A stretch of 45,154 nucleotides of DNA, taken from contig PS015050.1 in assembly GCA_048213135.1 (NCBI GenBank), forward strand, positions 59,055 through 104,208, written 5' to 3'. Positions 23,701-36,353 of the stretch are shown piece after piece. The notes under the pieces are model-generated. The model was not told where the DNA came from. It was given only the letters and a program-made list of their open reading frames with translations, and did no database searches. Each line of letters begins with the position of its first letter. Position 1 is the first letter of the stretch. The position numbers and the translations under genes are program-made. The stretch comes from Reclinomonas americana ATCC 50394 (lineage: Eukaryota).

Positions 23701-26700
23701 GCAAGTCAACAGCGCCAACGTTGCGGTGGCATACATGCATACAGTGCTTGTCTGTTAGGAAATGTGCACTCACAGCTGTGTGCACAGGGCGCCTCCTCCA
23801 CCCTGGCCATTGAGGTGCACCAGCTGGAGGAGGAGCTGACTCGCGATCGTCAAGCAGGCATGCATGTGATGGCCAGTGCGCGGTCGCGTGCCGAGTCGCC
23901 GGCGCTCACAGGGTGCGAAGAAGGGGCGCGGAGAGAGAGAGAAGGGAAGGAGGCTACAAGTAGCAAACAGATGTTCGCGTGTGTTTGTTTGCACGAACGA
24001 GAAACGATAGTGCAGTGAGAAACATACTGTTGTGGAGAGAGAGAGAGAGAGAGAGAATGTGTGTGTGCGTGTGTGAGAGAGAAAGCAGCAGCAAAAGTGG
24101 ATGCGTGAGAGAGTGGCGAGAACATGAGATAGTACTGTGCGTTCTCTTGCCCGGTCGCTCTCGTTGCGCTCGATCACTCGCTCGGGTTCTTACCGTCATC
24201 TTGCGCGGTCATCTCAATTGTTTTCCTCATGTCTGCAGGTCGAGGTCGCGTGGAGACGTGCCAATTGATGTACAGCTGGCTCGGTTGCGTTGCACTGCGT
24301 GCATGTCTGTCTCACGACTGCACTCTTACTCATCTCTATCTCTCTCTCAATAGCGAGGCCGCTCGCCTCTCGCGTCAGATCTCCAGCACCCGCCTGTCCA
24401 CGAACTCCGTGGAGATTCTTGGCGAGTTGGAGATGCGCCACTTGCAGCGCTCCGAAACCGCACAACTGTTGCGGCAGTCGACGCAGGCGATCGAACACAG
24501 CTTGCATGCGGCTCGTGACGAATTGCGCGCGCTGGAGTCGGCACTGACGACAGACAATGAGCAGAATGTCAGACACATTCTGCGCCGCCTGGTCATGGAG
24601 CGCAGCAAGGAGGTGGAGTCGCTGGAGGACCGACTGACGCAGCGTCTGCAGCAAATCAGTGAGCGACGAGCCGCCGGCCTCGATGAAGGCGACAGCGTGC
24701 GGAGCTACGCGTCGTCCGCCAGTCGCGCGCCCGATCACTCACGTGCAGCGTCGTCCTCGCCCGATTTCCGCTCGTTGCGTCTTGCCCTGCCTGCAGAGAG
24801 CACTTTGCACTCGCGCCGTGCAAACTCGTGCGTACTGCACAGAGAGGAACGGTCGCCTCTTCTCGATCAGAGTCTGTCGCAGCTGGCGCCCGCCACCCCC
24901 GGCTCATCACAGCCCTCCGGCAACTCCGCCTCCACGCTCGGCTCGCTGCACATGTCGAATTCGGCCAACATCACTGTCGACGACTACCGCAAGATGGAGG
25001 CCGAGTATCGCGAGACGCGACGGGAGCTGCAGCAGCTGCGCGATGAGCTGCATGAGGCACAACACCGACTTGCCGGTCACAGTCAGGTGCGAGCCGAGTC
25101 TTCGATCACGCTATCAGGTGTGCATCTCACGTCGTTGTACCCGTGCATCCGCAGTTGGTGGAGCAGCAGGAGGTGTTGGCGGCAGAGTCCGATGATTTGC
25201 GACATGAGGTGAATTGCAGGCAGAGCAGTATCGGTGGAGAACGAGACGAGCTCACTCTGTTGCATGTAGTTGCTCGATTTGACGCACACGTGCGAGAGAC
25301 TGCGCGTGCAGTTGAGCGAAAGTCGTCAGGCGGAGGAGCGCACCATGTCCGCCCTTCGACAAGGTTGAGTGATGAGCGTATTGTAGGCGGCATCGGTGCA
25401 CGCTATTTACTGTGATCGTGTGTGTGTGTGTGTGTGTGCGCGCGCAGCTGACGCACAATTGGCCTCGCGAGTCGGCGTGGAGAATGTGCTGCAGTCAGAC
25501 GTTGCCGCCATGCGTACGCATGCCGATCGGCTGCAGGAAGAACTCACGCGAATGCAAGCACGTCTCGAGTTGGCGCATCGCGACGAGGCCCTGTTCCGAC
25601 AGCAAGTGGAGGACCTGCGTGTTGAGCTAGACGGCGCATGCCGCGAGCGCGACGAGCTGCGCCAGCACGTGGCGTCATTCATGTCGGAGGAGTCGGTGCC
25701 ACAGAGCCCCGGCGTGTCGCCGTCGTTTCGTCCATACGAGCACTCTTCGTGCGATTGGGGTGTGCTTGCTGACACTTTTTTGCAGGGTACTTGCCGCTCG
25801 CGAGTACGAGATTCGTCGGCTGCAGAGCGACTTGGAGGGTGCACGACAGTTGAGTGGTAACTGGTTGAGGGTGGCACAATACCATATGGGCTAGTGTTCT
25901 ATTTCACTGTTTTTGCATGCTGTTTTTCTTGCTGCTGAGTATCGCCATCCTGCCACTGTAGGTCACTGCGGGAGCAAGAGGCCAGTCGTACAGATGTTGA
26001 CGAACGACTGGAACGACTGCGCACTGCACTGGAGAACGAGCAGGCATCCAGGCTCGCCGATGCCGAGGATTACGCTGCGCGTCGTCGGGAACTGGAGGAA
26101 CGCCTTGCCGCTTTCGAACGGTTGGTTTGCCTCGGATCATCGCACGTTGTTTTAAGTGGCGCTTGCTTCTCATCAATCTTCGCTGTAGCTCGGGCGATTC
26201 CGTGCATGCGGAGGTGGAACGAGTGCGCCGCGAGCTGGATGAGTCGCTGCTGGCCAGGCGGCAGTCCGAGGACGCCTTGCATGTGATGCATGCCGATGTC
26301 GAAGTGTTGCGGCAGGAGCATCAGCAGTTGACGCTCCGTCACGAGGAGCTGCTCATCACGGTGGAGACGGAGCGTATGCGTGTGCGAGAACTGGAGGCCG
26401 AACGGGACAGCCTGACTGCGGCACTGGAGGCCACACGTGTGGAGAGCAAGCAGGCGTTTGACGCGGTGGCAGCCGCGCATCGCACGCTCGACACGGTTGG
26501 CCCTGACACGATGCACGATGTTCGCCTGCTGATCAACATCATGCTCGGTAATATGGCACTCCTCTTTGACGGTGTGCGCCACTCGGTGGCCGATTTTGGT
26601 GGAGACAGCTTGCCGGGTGTGCGTGTGTTGGAGCCTCGTTGCGTGGGCGGGAAGGGTGAAAAGGGAAGGGGGATGAGGGAAGGGTGCAAGGGGGAAGGGT

Positions 26701-27770
26701 GCAAGGGGGAAGGGTGCAAGGGTGAAGGGTGAAGAGGGAGGGGGAGGGGGAAGGGGATGAGGGAAGGGTGCAAGGGGGAAGGGTGAAGAGGAATGAAGAG
26801 GGAAGGGTGAAGAGGGAGGGGGAGGGGGAAGGGGAAGAGGGACGAGGGATGAGGGAAGAGGGAAGGGAAAGGGGAAGGGGACGGGGATGGATGCGAAAGA
26901 GAAGGGGAGGGAGAGGAGGGATCGGAGAGGAGGGAAGGGCAAAGAAGGATGGGCGAAGAGAGAGGAGCGAAGAGGGATGAGAGAGAAAGACGATTGACAT
27001 ATAAACTGAGACAGAGTGAGTGAGAGAGAAACAGACAGACAAACAGACAGACAGCCAACCAGCTAGCCAGACAGCCATATACAGACATAAAGACAGGAGA
27101 GAGAGAGAAGGAGAGGAAGAGGCACACAGACAAACAGACAGACAGAGACTGTCTGAGACAGACAGACAGACAGTCAGACAGAAGAAACAGAGAGACATCA
27201 AGTGCGTGGGACAGCCTGATAGACTGATAGACTGAGAGAAAGAGGGAAACAAGACAGCCAGACGGACAGGCAGACAGAGAGAGAAACGAGAGGGCACCAG
27301 ACGTAGGACTGATGGAGATGGTCAAAGAAAAACGATATGACCTGTGTCCGAACCGAGAGGACATTCAAGATGACTGATTGCACAGAATGCGCAGCAGAAT
27401 ATCAGATTGCACATGTAAGAGAGAGAAGGCAGACGGATAAACATGAAAGGGAGAAACCGATAAGATTCGCTCTCTGTTTCTCATTGAGTCATGCAGAATT
27501 CGTTACCGAGTTGTGCGATGTGCTGCAAGAGTTTTGCCGCAACATTCTCACGACGTTCTCGGCCGAGGAACCGCCTGGAGGTGAGCAAGTGTGGGAAAAG
27601 GAGAGGGGGAATGCAGAGAGTGGACCTCTCAGATTTCTGCTCGCACAGGTCCCTACAGCTCGCAGAGTCTCCCTCCGCGACTCTTGTCGCCTGTGCGCCA
27701 CCGATCGTACACGGGAGAGTATGACGGCGACACGGCACCTTCGAGTTTCGTCCACCGCGCGTGGTTTCCT

Positions 27771-27809
<39 letters not shown>

Positions 27810-30800
27810 CTCGCTAACACATCTGGCCAGCGTTGCCGCCCACGAGTGTCCGCGACTCCTCCGGTCCCGGATCCTTCGACCGGCGTGTGTCTGACTACTC
27901 GTACGACAACCAGTGGGACTCGGCGGCGGCCGGAGGCGGCGATGGGGTCGACGAGTTTGGCGCTCCACAGCGGCGCATCTCAGTTGGCGGAGACGAGGAC
28001 GGTCGCGCGCACGAACCGAGCGTGTTGCATCGACAGGAGGCGGCGGATCGGCGTCCGGGTGACCGACAGGCGGTGGCGGCGGTGGCAGCAGCTGGCGACC
28101 GGCGTTCGTCCGCCTTTAGTGTGCAGGGTCCGTCGCCCGCCGCAGCACGGCCACCGCAAGCGCCGTCGTCACCACCGCAGCAGCAGCAGCCGCAACAGCG
28201 CCATGCCGGTGCGCCGGAGGTGGAGTCCTTCCGACACTATCGACGCGGCGAGTCGCCGACGCAGGAACGCGACACGTACCGCATCGACGGGCAGGATGAC
28301 TCGCGCTACGATTTCTCGTCGCTGCGGCGCGAGGCGCACATTGAAGATGTGCTGGCGGCGGGTGGCGCCGATGAGTTTGGCGAGGGCACGGTGGTGGAGC
28401 AAGAGGGTGGGGATGTGGTGCCGGCGCCGGTGAGTGGAAAGGGGCGGAAGGGGGCAAAGGAAAAGGGGGATAAGGGGAAGGGAAGGGGGGAGGGTAAAAA
28501 GGGGGTAAAGGGGGAGGAGAAGACCTGGGAAGCGTGGGGAAGGTTGTGAAGGAGAAGGGCGGGAAGAGATGGAAAGTGTATTTGAGAGAACAAGGATGGA
28601 GGTGAAGGATGGAGAGCCGCGGAGGAAGGAAAAGTGGGAGGGGAAGAGAGGAGATGGAGGCAGAGGAGGCTTGAGGAATGGATGGGAAGGAAAGCTGGAG
28701 GGAAGCGAGAGCGAGATAGAAGTGGGAGAGGAGAGAGAGAGGACAGGAGGTTTGCAAGTGTTAAGCTGGCGAGGATCGGAAGAAAGATGTGCGCAGCAGT
28801 CCGTGTTACGGAAAGCGTGCAAGAACGAGAGAGGGCCTCATTACGATAAATGAGCAGAGATGTAGAAGGCTACGAATGAAGGTGGTGCGCTGCAGTGAGT
28901 AACTGAGGAAAGATTGAGAGTTGTGCAAGAGATGTTCAATTCTATACGAGTGGCAATCATGCTTCGACGCCCATGTCTGTTGTATGTAGGACGGGCAAGG
29001 GAGTTTGAGTTTGCATGTGTTGTCAATGACGTGTAATTGCCTCTGCTTGCTCACTGATACATCGCCCATTGTTGACAGCTGCGGTCACCGTCACCCAACC
29101 GGCCACCTCGTGCTGCAGGTCTTGCGTCTGGTTTTGTCGCTCACTCACTATTTCACGCGCGTCACGCTCACTCCCTCTTCATCATCTTGGTTCTGTGCAG
29201 GTGCGGAGGCCGGCAGTCAGGCACGAGTGTCGGTGGCCTCTCGATCGTCACGCTCCACCGGCAACGCTTCGTGGCGGCGCTCGCTGAATCCGGCCTTGCG
29301 CACATCGTTCGAAGAGGCTGGCGCGACACAAAACACCTCGTCGTCCTCCTCGTCGTCTGGCCCGCAAGGCGGCACGCCGGGCAGCGACCCGCGTGGTGAG
29401 CTTGCTGCACTTGTCGCATCGACTGTGACTTGGTGCCATCTGATTGAGTTTTATTCCCCAATAGCTCGGCGACGAACGCCTGCTGTGGTGCACGACCCGC
29501 GACTGACAGATGTGGAGGACAACTTTTCTGGTGGTGCCGGACAGCTACTTCGTCGCCTGCAGCTGTTGCGTTGAGCACACAAGTGCTGCTCGATGTGGGA
29601 TGCATATGTGCCTGACATCCATGGCGTCTGTTTGTAGGACGGTCGAGGAGGCGCGGGGACTCGAGGCACAAGATGTTGAGTGTTTGTTGCATTGTGGCTC
29701 CTGTGTCTCGCTACGCCTCACTCTTGTCGCGTATGCACATAGGAAATGCTGCAATTGTTGAACGACTTGGAGGCAGAGTATTCGCAGGCCGTTGAGACAC
29801 TTCGCGCGCACCCGGTGCCTGGTGCGTCGCAGCATGGATCTGTGAGTGGCCACCTCTTGTAATGCGACGTGCTGACCAGTTTGTCGATTGTGGCAGATGC
29901 GAGCGTGCAAAAGCTGGCCACCGACGTGTGCCGTACTGCGTATGTGCGGACGATGCAGGAGGTTGTGAGCTTTGTGGACGAGCGACTCGACGAGCCGCCT
30001 GGTGCCGGAAGTTGCGGTGGTGGATTACGAGATTTGTGTGAAAAAGAGATTGTGCGCTGACTTGCTCGCCGGCTCTTCTGCAGCGGGTGCTCGTGAGGAT
30101 GACATGCGCATGGCGGTGGAGCATGTCAAGCTGTATCAGAAGCGACTGGAGGTCGTGTGGAACTATGCAAAGCGGGTGAGTTATGAGGCAGCGTCTGTTC
30201 GCACGCAGCAATCTGAGCGTTTTGTCGTGTGCAGCGCATGGCAGCTGTGCTGCACCTGTCACAGCCGGCTCTGCAGCAGACGGTGCTTGTCACCTCCGAG
30301 ACTGCCGATGTGGAACGCATGGTGCAGCACTTGTTGCATTCGACGGCGTCGGACTTGTACTCGCTGAGGAGTTATGCGGAATATCACCCTGTAGTATCAC
30401 GTCGCATTTGCTGACTAGAACTGGGCTGACAGGTTCGGAGCGAGGCGGCTCGTCGGGCGACGAAGGTGTAGACAAGGGCGTAAGCGCGGAGGGCACTGCT
30501 GCTGCAGCGTCAAGTGCAGCGGCGACTGTTGCTGTGCCAGTGTCGTCGCCGCTGGAGGCCGCATTGCGCAGTCAGTTGGATAGATTGAGTCAGACGTCGG
30601 ATTCCGACCGGCTGAGATACAAGAAGGTGATTGGGAAGAGAGAATGAGGAAGGAGAGAGAGAGAGAGAGTAGGAAGGGAGAGAGAGGGAAAGAGAGAGTG
30701 AGAGAGAGGAGGGGGAGAGAGGGAGAGAGAGAGAGACGTAGAGAACGAGGGCTGAGTGAGGAGAGGCGGAGACAAACGGTGACAAGTTACAATGAATTGA

Positions 30801-32644
30801 GAGAGAGCGAGAGAGCGAGCGAGAGAGAGAGAGAGAGCAGCAGAGTGTGTCAGGGGGAAAAGGTCACAAGCAAAGAAGATGTATGAATGCAGGAGTGGAA
30901 ACGGAGAATAAGCGAGCAGCGATTGGCAAGAGATAGAAGAGAGAGAGAGAGAAGCAGCGTGCGACAAGTGCATGACACGGACAAGAGGTCACTGTACGAA
31001 ATCAGGAGAGAGATTGTGGTTGGAGGGGGACAGACACAGAGGAGGCACGCGGCGACAAGCGAAGGAGAGGAGAGACAGAATGAGATAGAGGGCGAGACGA
31101 CCGCGCGCAAGTCTGAAAAATCTCATCATGCGACTGCCGTCTCCCCCGCAGATTCTGGATGAGTTGAAGCCAGGTGCTACTGGCGAGGACGCTGCGCGGG
31201 AGTGGATGGCGCAGAAGGAGGCTGAGACCAAGGTCAGTTGTTTCGGGGCATTCCCGAGAGTAGCCTTCACGACAAGAAGCTGATCAGTGCTCCACATGCA
31301 GGCTATCAGCAGTCTGTTGGAGTTGCACCGCCAACAGGTGGAGGATTTGGAGCGGTTGAAGGTTGGCGCTGGCTTGCATGCGTTGTCGCCTGGTGGCGGA
31401 CCATCGCTCACCGATCCTTCCCTTGTCAGACGCAGGAGGCTGTCCTTCGTCAGCAGCAAGTGGAGCGCGCCGCGGCAGTGCAACAAGAGAGTGACGACAA
31501 GGTGAGTGAGAGATTGTGCGTGCACTACAACGTGCCGCGCGCCGACTGCAACTTTTGCTACGCAGCTGCTGCGCCGGCAACAGAAGCGTGACGTTTTCGA
31601 CGACCGGCTGGCGCTCAAGCTGCGTAAGCGCACACATCAGTTGCGCGATGCGCTGCGGGTGGCCTCGTCGGTGGATGCCGATGTCAAACCGCTGTTGGAC
31701 CGCACTGCGGTATGTTGAGGGGGGGGGGAAGTAGGGAGAGAACGAGAAATGGGAGAGAAAGGGAGAGAGGGCGACAGGAGCAGCTGGGGTACTTGGAGTG
31801 GAGAGCTCATTTGCTTCTTGCGCAGGCGACAATCGCCAGCGGATTGGCACCGGAAGCTCCGCTCAGCCAGCAGATTCGTACGTTGGCCAGGGAACTCAAG
31901 TCGCTGTTGACGGTGCGTGCGTGGGAAAGGAGAGGGGGGCAGAAGGCAAGGAGGTGCGAAGTGAGGGGCAGAGAAGGGAAGGATGCCTGCAGGAGGCCGA
32001 GCGGGTAGACAGGAAAGAGAAAAGAGAAAATGAGGTGGGAACAGTGGGAAGAGTGAGGGAGAGAAGAAGAGAATAGGCACATGTGAAGGAGGTGCGAGGT
32101 GAAAGAGAGAGAAGGAGGAGGTGCGAAGCGAAGAACAGAAAAGGGAAGGATACCCAGTGGAGGCCGAAAGAGAGGGTCGACAGGAAAGAGAAAGGGGAAA
32201 TGAGGTGCGAAGTGAAGGACAGAGAAGGGAAGGGTGTGTACTTGCTGTCAAGATGAAGCAAATCGATAGGAAAGAGGAGACGAGAAACGAGGTGAGAACA
32301 GAATGAAAGAGAGGGGAAAGGAGAGGAAGAAAGAAGAGAATAGGAACAAAGTGATATGAAGGAGAGAGAAGGGAAGGGCGAGTCCTTGCTGTCAAGAGGA
32401 GGCAGAAGGATTTGATCGATGGGAAAGAGGAGACGAGAAAGGGGTTGAAAATAAAAGGGAAAGTGAGGGGAAAGGAGGGATGAGGGAACGGAACACTTGA
32501 GGAAAGAAGAGACAGGAAGGGTGAGAGGAGAGCAGCAATGCAGACGTGAGCANNNNNNNNNNNNNNNNNNNNNGAGGAGTGTGGGCTGAGAAGAGTGGAG
32601 CGGAGGGTTCGTGATGCTCTGTTCTCTCTCTCTGTTTCTCTCTC

Positions 32645-32691
<47 letters not shown>

Positions 32692-35493
32692 ATCGACTGA
32701 CACTCCGTATCGAGAATCCGTCACTCATCGCAATTGGCGCAGGGCCTGGCCACCGTAATGCGCCGAATGACGCAACGTGTGGAGACTGCGGAGCGTGGAG
32801 TGGAACGACAGCGATTGAAAGCCGGACAGATCAAGGAGCGCGCTGCGGTGCTTNNNNNNNNNNNNNNNNNNNNNNNNNNNNNNNNNNNNNNNNNNNNNNN
32901 NNNNNNNNNNNNNNNNNNNNNNNNNNNNNNNNNNNNNNNNNNNNNNNNNNNNNNNNNNNNNNNNNNNNNNNNNNNNNNNNNNNNNNNNNNNNNNNNNNNN
33001 NNNNNNNNNNNNNNNNNNNNNNNNNNNNNNNNNNNNNNNNNNNNNNNNNNNNNNNNNNNNNNNNNNNNNNNNNNNNNNNNNNNNNNNNNNNNNNNNNNNN
33101 NNNNNNNNNNNNNNNNNNNNNNNNNNNNNNNNNNNNNNNNNNNNNNNNNNNNNNNNNNNNNNNNNNNNNNNNNNNNNNNNNNNNNNNNNNNNNNNNNNNN
33201 NNNNNNNNNNNNNNNNNNNNNNNNNNNNNNNNNNNNNNNNNNNNNNNNNNNNNNNNNNNNNNNNNNNNNNNNNNNNNNNCAGGAGCGTCTCGCGGATTCC
33301 GAGGCGCGGGTGCACTCGTTGCGTGAGCGCATTGTGCAAATTGAGCAGGAGAAAGCGCTGGCGGTGTCGATTGCACCCGACAGTATGAAGGGAAGGTGCG
33401 GGTCGATGTTGTGCACGTCCGTCGATTGACTCTGGGTACTCATTGCGCCACATCACGCCAGCTTCCTGCGCGGCCTCGACTCATTCTCCAAGTTTGTCAA
33501 CGATCGTGACACGGTGGCAGGATCCATCGACGAGGCTCTGCGCCAGGCCGACGCACACAGCATTCTCATGGACGTGTGCCATTTGTGTGACGTGGACTCG
33601 CCGAGTCAAACTGTCGGAGTCCTGCGGCACATGCGGCGAGTGATTGAGCGCTCGCTCATGTTGCAAAAGGTGCGTGGGCACACACGCGAGTGGAACGAAA
33701 CCGTCGTCCTGCATCTCACTGGCGCTTGTCAGGAACTGCTGGCGTTGGGTGCACTGCTGCGGTTGCCGACTGACTGCTCACTGTACGAGGTGCTGGATCG
33801 CATGCGTGAGGTCATTACGGAATCGGAACTCATGAAACGGCGCAAGGTGCGGAGCTCCTCTCGTGTTGCGCCGTGGTTGACATGCACCAACACAACTTTG
33901 TTTTTCTCTGTCAGGAATTCCACGACAATTATGGCGCGGAGGCTCCCACGGGTGTGACGGAAGCGTGGCGGAAGCGTCGCATGTTTGTGCCGGCGAGGCT
34001 AGTGAGACCATTCCGCGAAGTTGAGCAACTGACGACTCTTTTCTCGTGCGTTTGTGTGGGGTGGGGTCACTAAAATGTGCACCGGCCAGTTTGCGACTGC
34101 AGGCAGCACGGAGAGCCTGGGTGCGGATATGTTGCACTTTGCGCACGAGTTTTTGCGAGATTTTTGCTTGGTGGCGCGGCTGGCAGACCCCGTGCGGGCG
34201 GCGAGTGGCAGTTGAGTGGCTGGAAAAGGGGGAGGGGGTGGGGGAGGAAGAGAGGGAGAGAGAAAGACAGAGAAGAAGAGAGAGAGAGAAACAGAGGAAG
34301 AGGAAAGAGAGGAAGAGGAAGAGAAAGAAAAAGAGAGAGAGAAAGAGGATGGGAAAAGATAGAGCGTCAGCTCCAGACGAGACAGAACCACGCATGGCCA
34401 CAAGTTGTTGCCAGAGTGTGAGGCAAGCAGTGTTCTTGATCTAAGTGGCGAGATGACGAGGGGAGACGGACTGGCCACATTGGCAGCTGAGCAGACAAGA
34501 GGTAAAGAGAGAATGGTAACGACGCCGATGTACGACCACGCGAGAGGAGACTCATTGGCTGTCATGACGGCCGTATTATCAACTGAGACCGAAGTCGAAG
34601 CAGGAGTAAGAGGAATAGAGAGAGAGAGAGAGAGAGAGAGGAGGAGAGAGAGAGAGAGAGNNNNNNNNNNNNNNNNNNNNNNNNNNNNNNNNNNNNNNNN
34701 NNNNNNNNNNNNNNNNNNNNNNNNNNNNNNNNNNNNNNNNNNNNNNNNNNNNNNNNNNNNNNNNNNNNNNNNNNNNNNNNNNNNNNNNNNNNNNNNNNNN
34801 NNNNNNNNNNNNNNNNNNNNNNNNNNNNNNNNNNNNNNNNNNNNNNNNGAGAGAGAGAGAGCGACCTTCCACGGACTGACACTTTGTGTTCTTCGTCTGG
34901 TCTCCCAGCGTCCGCCTCACTCAAATCCTGGCAAGCGGACGTGCACCGCGAGCTGCGCTCTCTTGGCAAGATGGTGGATCGCGATGCGGATTTGAAACGC
35001 CGTCTCGCTACGGCACTGGCTTTTGGATTCGCCGATCACATGTCGCTTGCCGAAGTGGTGGACCGAGCGGTGATCTTTATCAACAGCCGCAACGATGCCC
35101 ACGCGCTGTTGGACCGCTACTCTCGCGAAATCACAGACGGTGTGGCGTTGTGTTGTGCACTCTGTGCGTGGCGCATTCATGTCTCACACCGTGGTGCAGA
35201 TACGTCGGAGGTGGTGAATCGGTACAAGGCCGTACTGGAGGCCTTGTGTGACGAACTGCAAGTGGATCGGTACAGCGAAATCTTGGCGGCCGTGTGCGAG
35301 TTGCGGTGGCTGAGGCGTGGCGATGCATAGGATGACTTCATGACTCATGTGAGTGATTTGGTGCAGGTTGACCACGGGCACTCGGTACGAGCTGGCGTGG
35401 ATGCAAAAAGTGCTGGGACGGGTCGCAGAATTGCTGGCTGTTGACTCGGTGGAGCAGATTGTGCCGGCGTTGGTGAGGTTGCAGAGGGCCTGA
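20708..35493 (+). CDS. Very large multi-exon (more than 30) coiled-coil protein with Ser-rich N-terminus and CEP70-like C-terminal helical repeats; putative centriole/basal-body scaffold
   Basis: Exons followed from MSSRRRSQSPPPES to ...KVLGRVAELLAVDSVEQIVPALVRLQRA* (TGA 35491), with heptad-rich exons throughout. C-terminal units DVCHLCDVDSPSQTV, ALCDELQVDRYSEILAAV and AELLAVDSVEQIVPAL resemble the CEP70 tail as I recall it. Three N-gaps interrupt the model and not every junction was resolved. Confidence 0.65.
23238..23478. repeat. Intronic tandem repeat, 3 units of about 78-82 bp
   Basis: Units start at 23238, 23316 and 23396 with GAAGACAGGTGTAC and share CACCGAGACA(T/G)ATGGAGAGTCGTACACACAAGTT. 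Confidence 0.92.
26650..27290. repeat. G-rich 15-bp repeats (GAAGGGTGCAAGGGG) followed by a degenerate (GACA)n tract, intronic
   Basis: GAAGGGTGCAAGGG occurs four times in 26679-26778; (CAGA)-type repeats at about 27010-27290. Confidence 0.8.
31950..32520. repeat. Degenerate purine-rich intronic repeat
   Basis: GAGGTGCGAAG..A..CAGA.AAGGGAAGG recurs near 31951, 32118 and 32202; CTTGCTGTCAAGA and GGAAAGAGGAGACGAGAAA each occur twice. Confidence 0.75.
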
Positions 35494-35592
35494 TAGGAGG
35501 AGGAGGGCAAGGGAGAACGAGGGAGGAGGAGGGAGGGAGGGGGAGTGTATAGAATTGCGGTGTGGTTGGCGATCGGTGACATGCTTGAGCCT

Positions 35593-35915
35593 GGTATCAT
35601 ACACTCTGCAGTAGGAGTTGGAGAGGGAGTAGAAAGAGGAGTGCGTGGAACTGCGGATGAGGCATAGTGATGTGCGTTGCTGCTTCAGTGTTTGGCAAAC
35701 CTTGATCTCCAAGTGACATTTTCGCCTCGGTATCATACGTCTGTAGAAGGAGAAGAAGGGAGCAGGAGGGGGAGTGCGTGGAACGACGGAAGAACAAGTG
35801 TGGTGTGTGTTGTTGCGTCAGTGTTTGGTCTCCAAGCGACCATTTCGTCATGGGAGCAGGAGGGGAGTGCATAGAACGACGGAGGAAGAAGTGTTGTGTG
35901 ATGTGTGTTGTTGCA
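35593..35915. repeat. Degenerate intergenic tandem repeat (about 3 units)
   Basis: GGTATCATAC, GGAGTGC(G/A)T(G/A)GAAC, TCAGTGTTTGG and TCTCCAAG.GAC blocks each recur 2-3 times. Confidence 0.75.
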
Positions 35916-36353
35916 TCGATGGTTGGCGTCCTTACTATACACCCGAGTCAACTCTGTGGGCTCTGTGCTCTTCACCTTTTCGTCGACTCTTGACGGGAAA
36001 GAGATGCAAGCATGTATTCTGGCGTGGCAGAAGCAGGCAGCGTGACTGCCCTTTGCGACCATTGTCGTACTTCAAATGAGGGTACACTCCATGTCGCGTG
36101 ATAGTCGGGCGTATGACTCTGGAATTCTTGTGATCAGGTCGTGCATGCATATGCTTGTGCAAACCGTCGTGCTGCTGTCGGAAAAATGCATCAAGGAAGC
36201 GGTTAGACGTGGCTCACTGCCTTGTATCAACATTCTGCTCAACATGTTGATCATCTTCATGTGGTGTTTTTCTCGTCGGGACAGAAGAGAAACAGTCCAC
36301 TCGCGCTCGGAACTGTCCACACAAACTTATCATACTTCGTTCGCGCTTTTACA

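Noticed and set aside
23865-23915. Possible GC-AG donor (CAG|GCATGC)
   Set aside because: The frame continues to a phase-compatible GG|GTGCGA donor.
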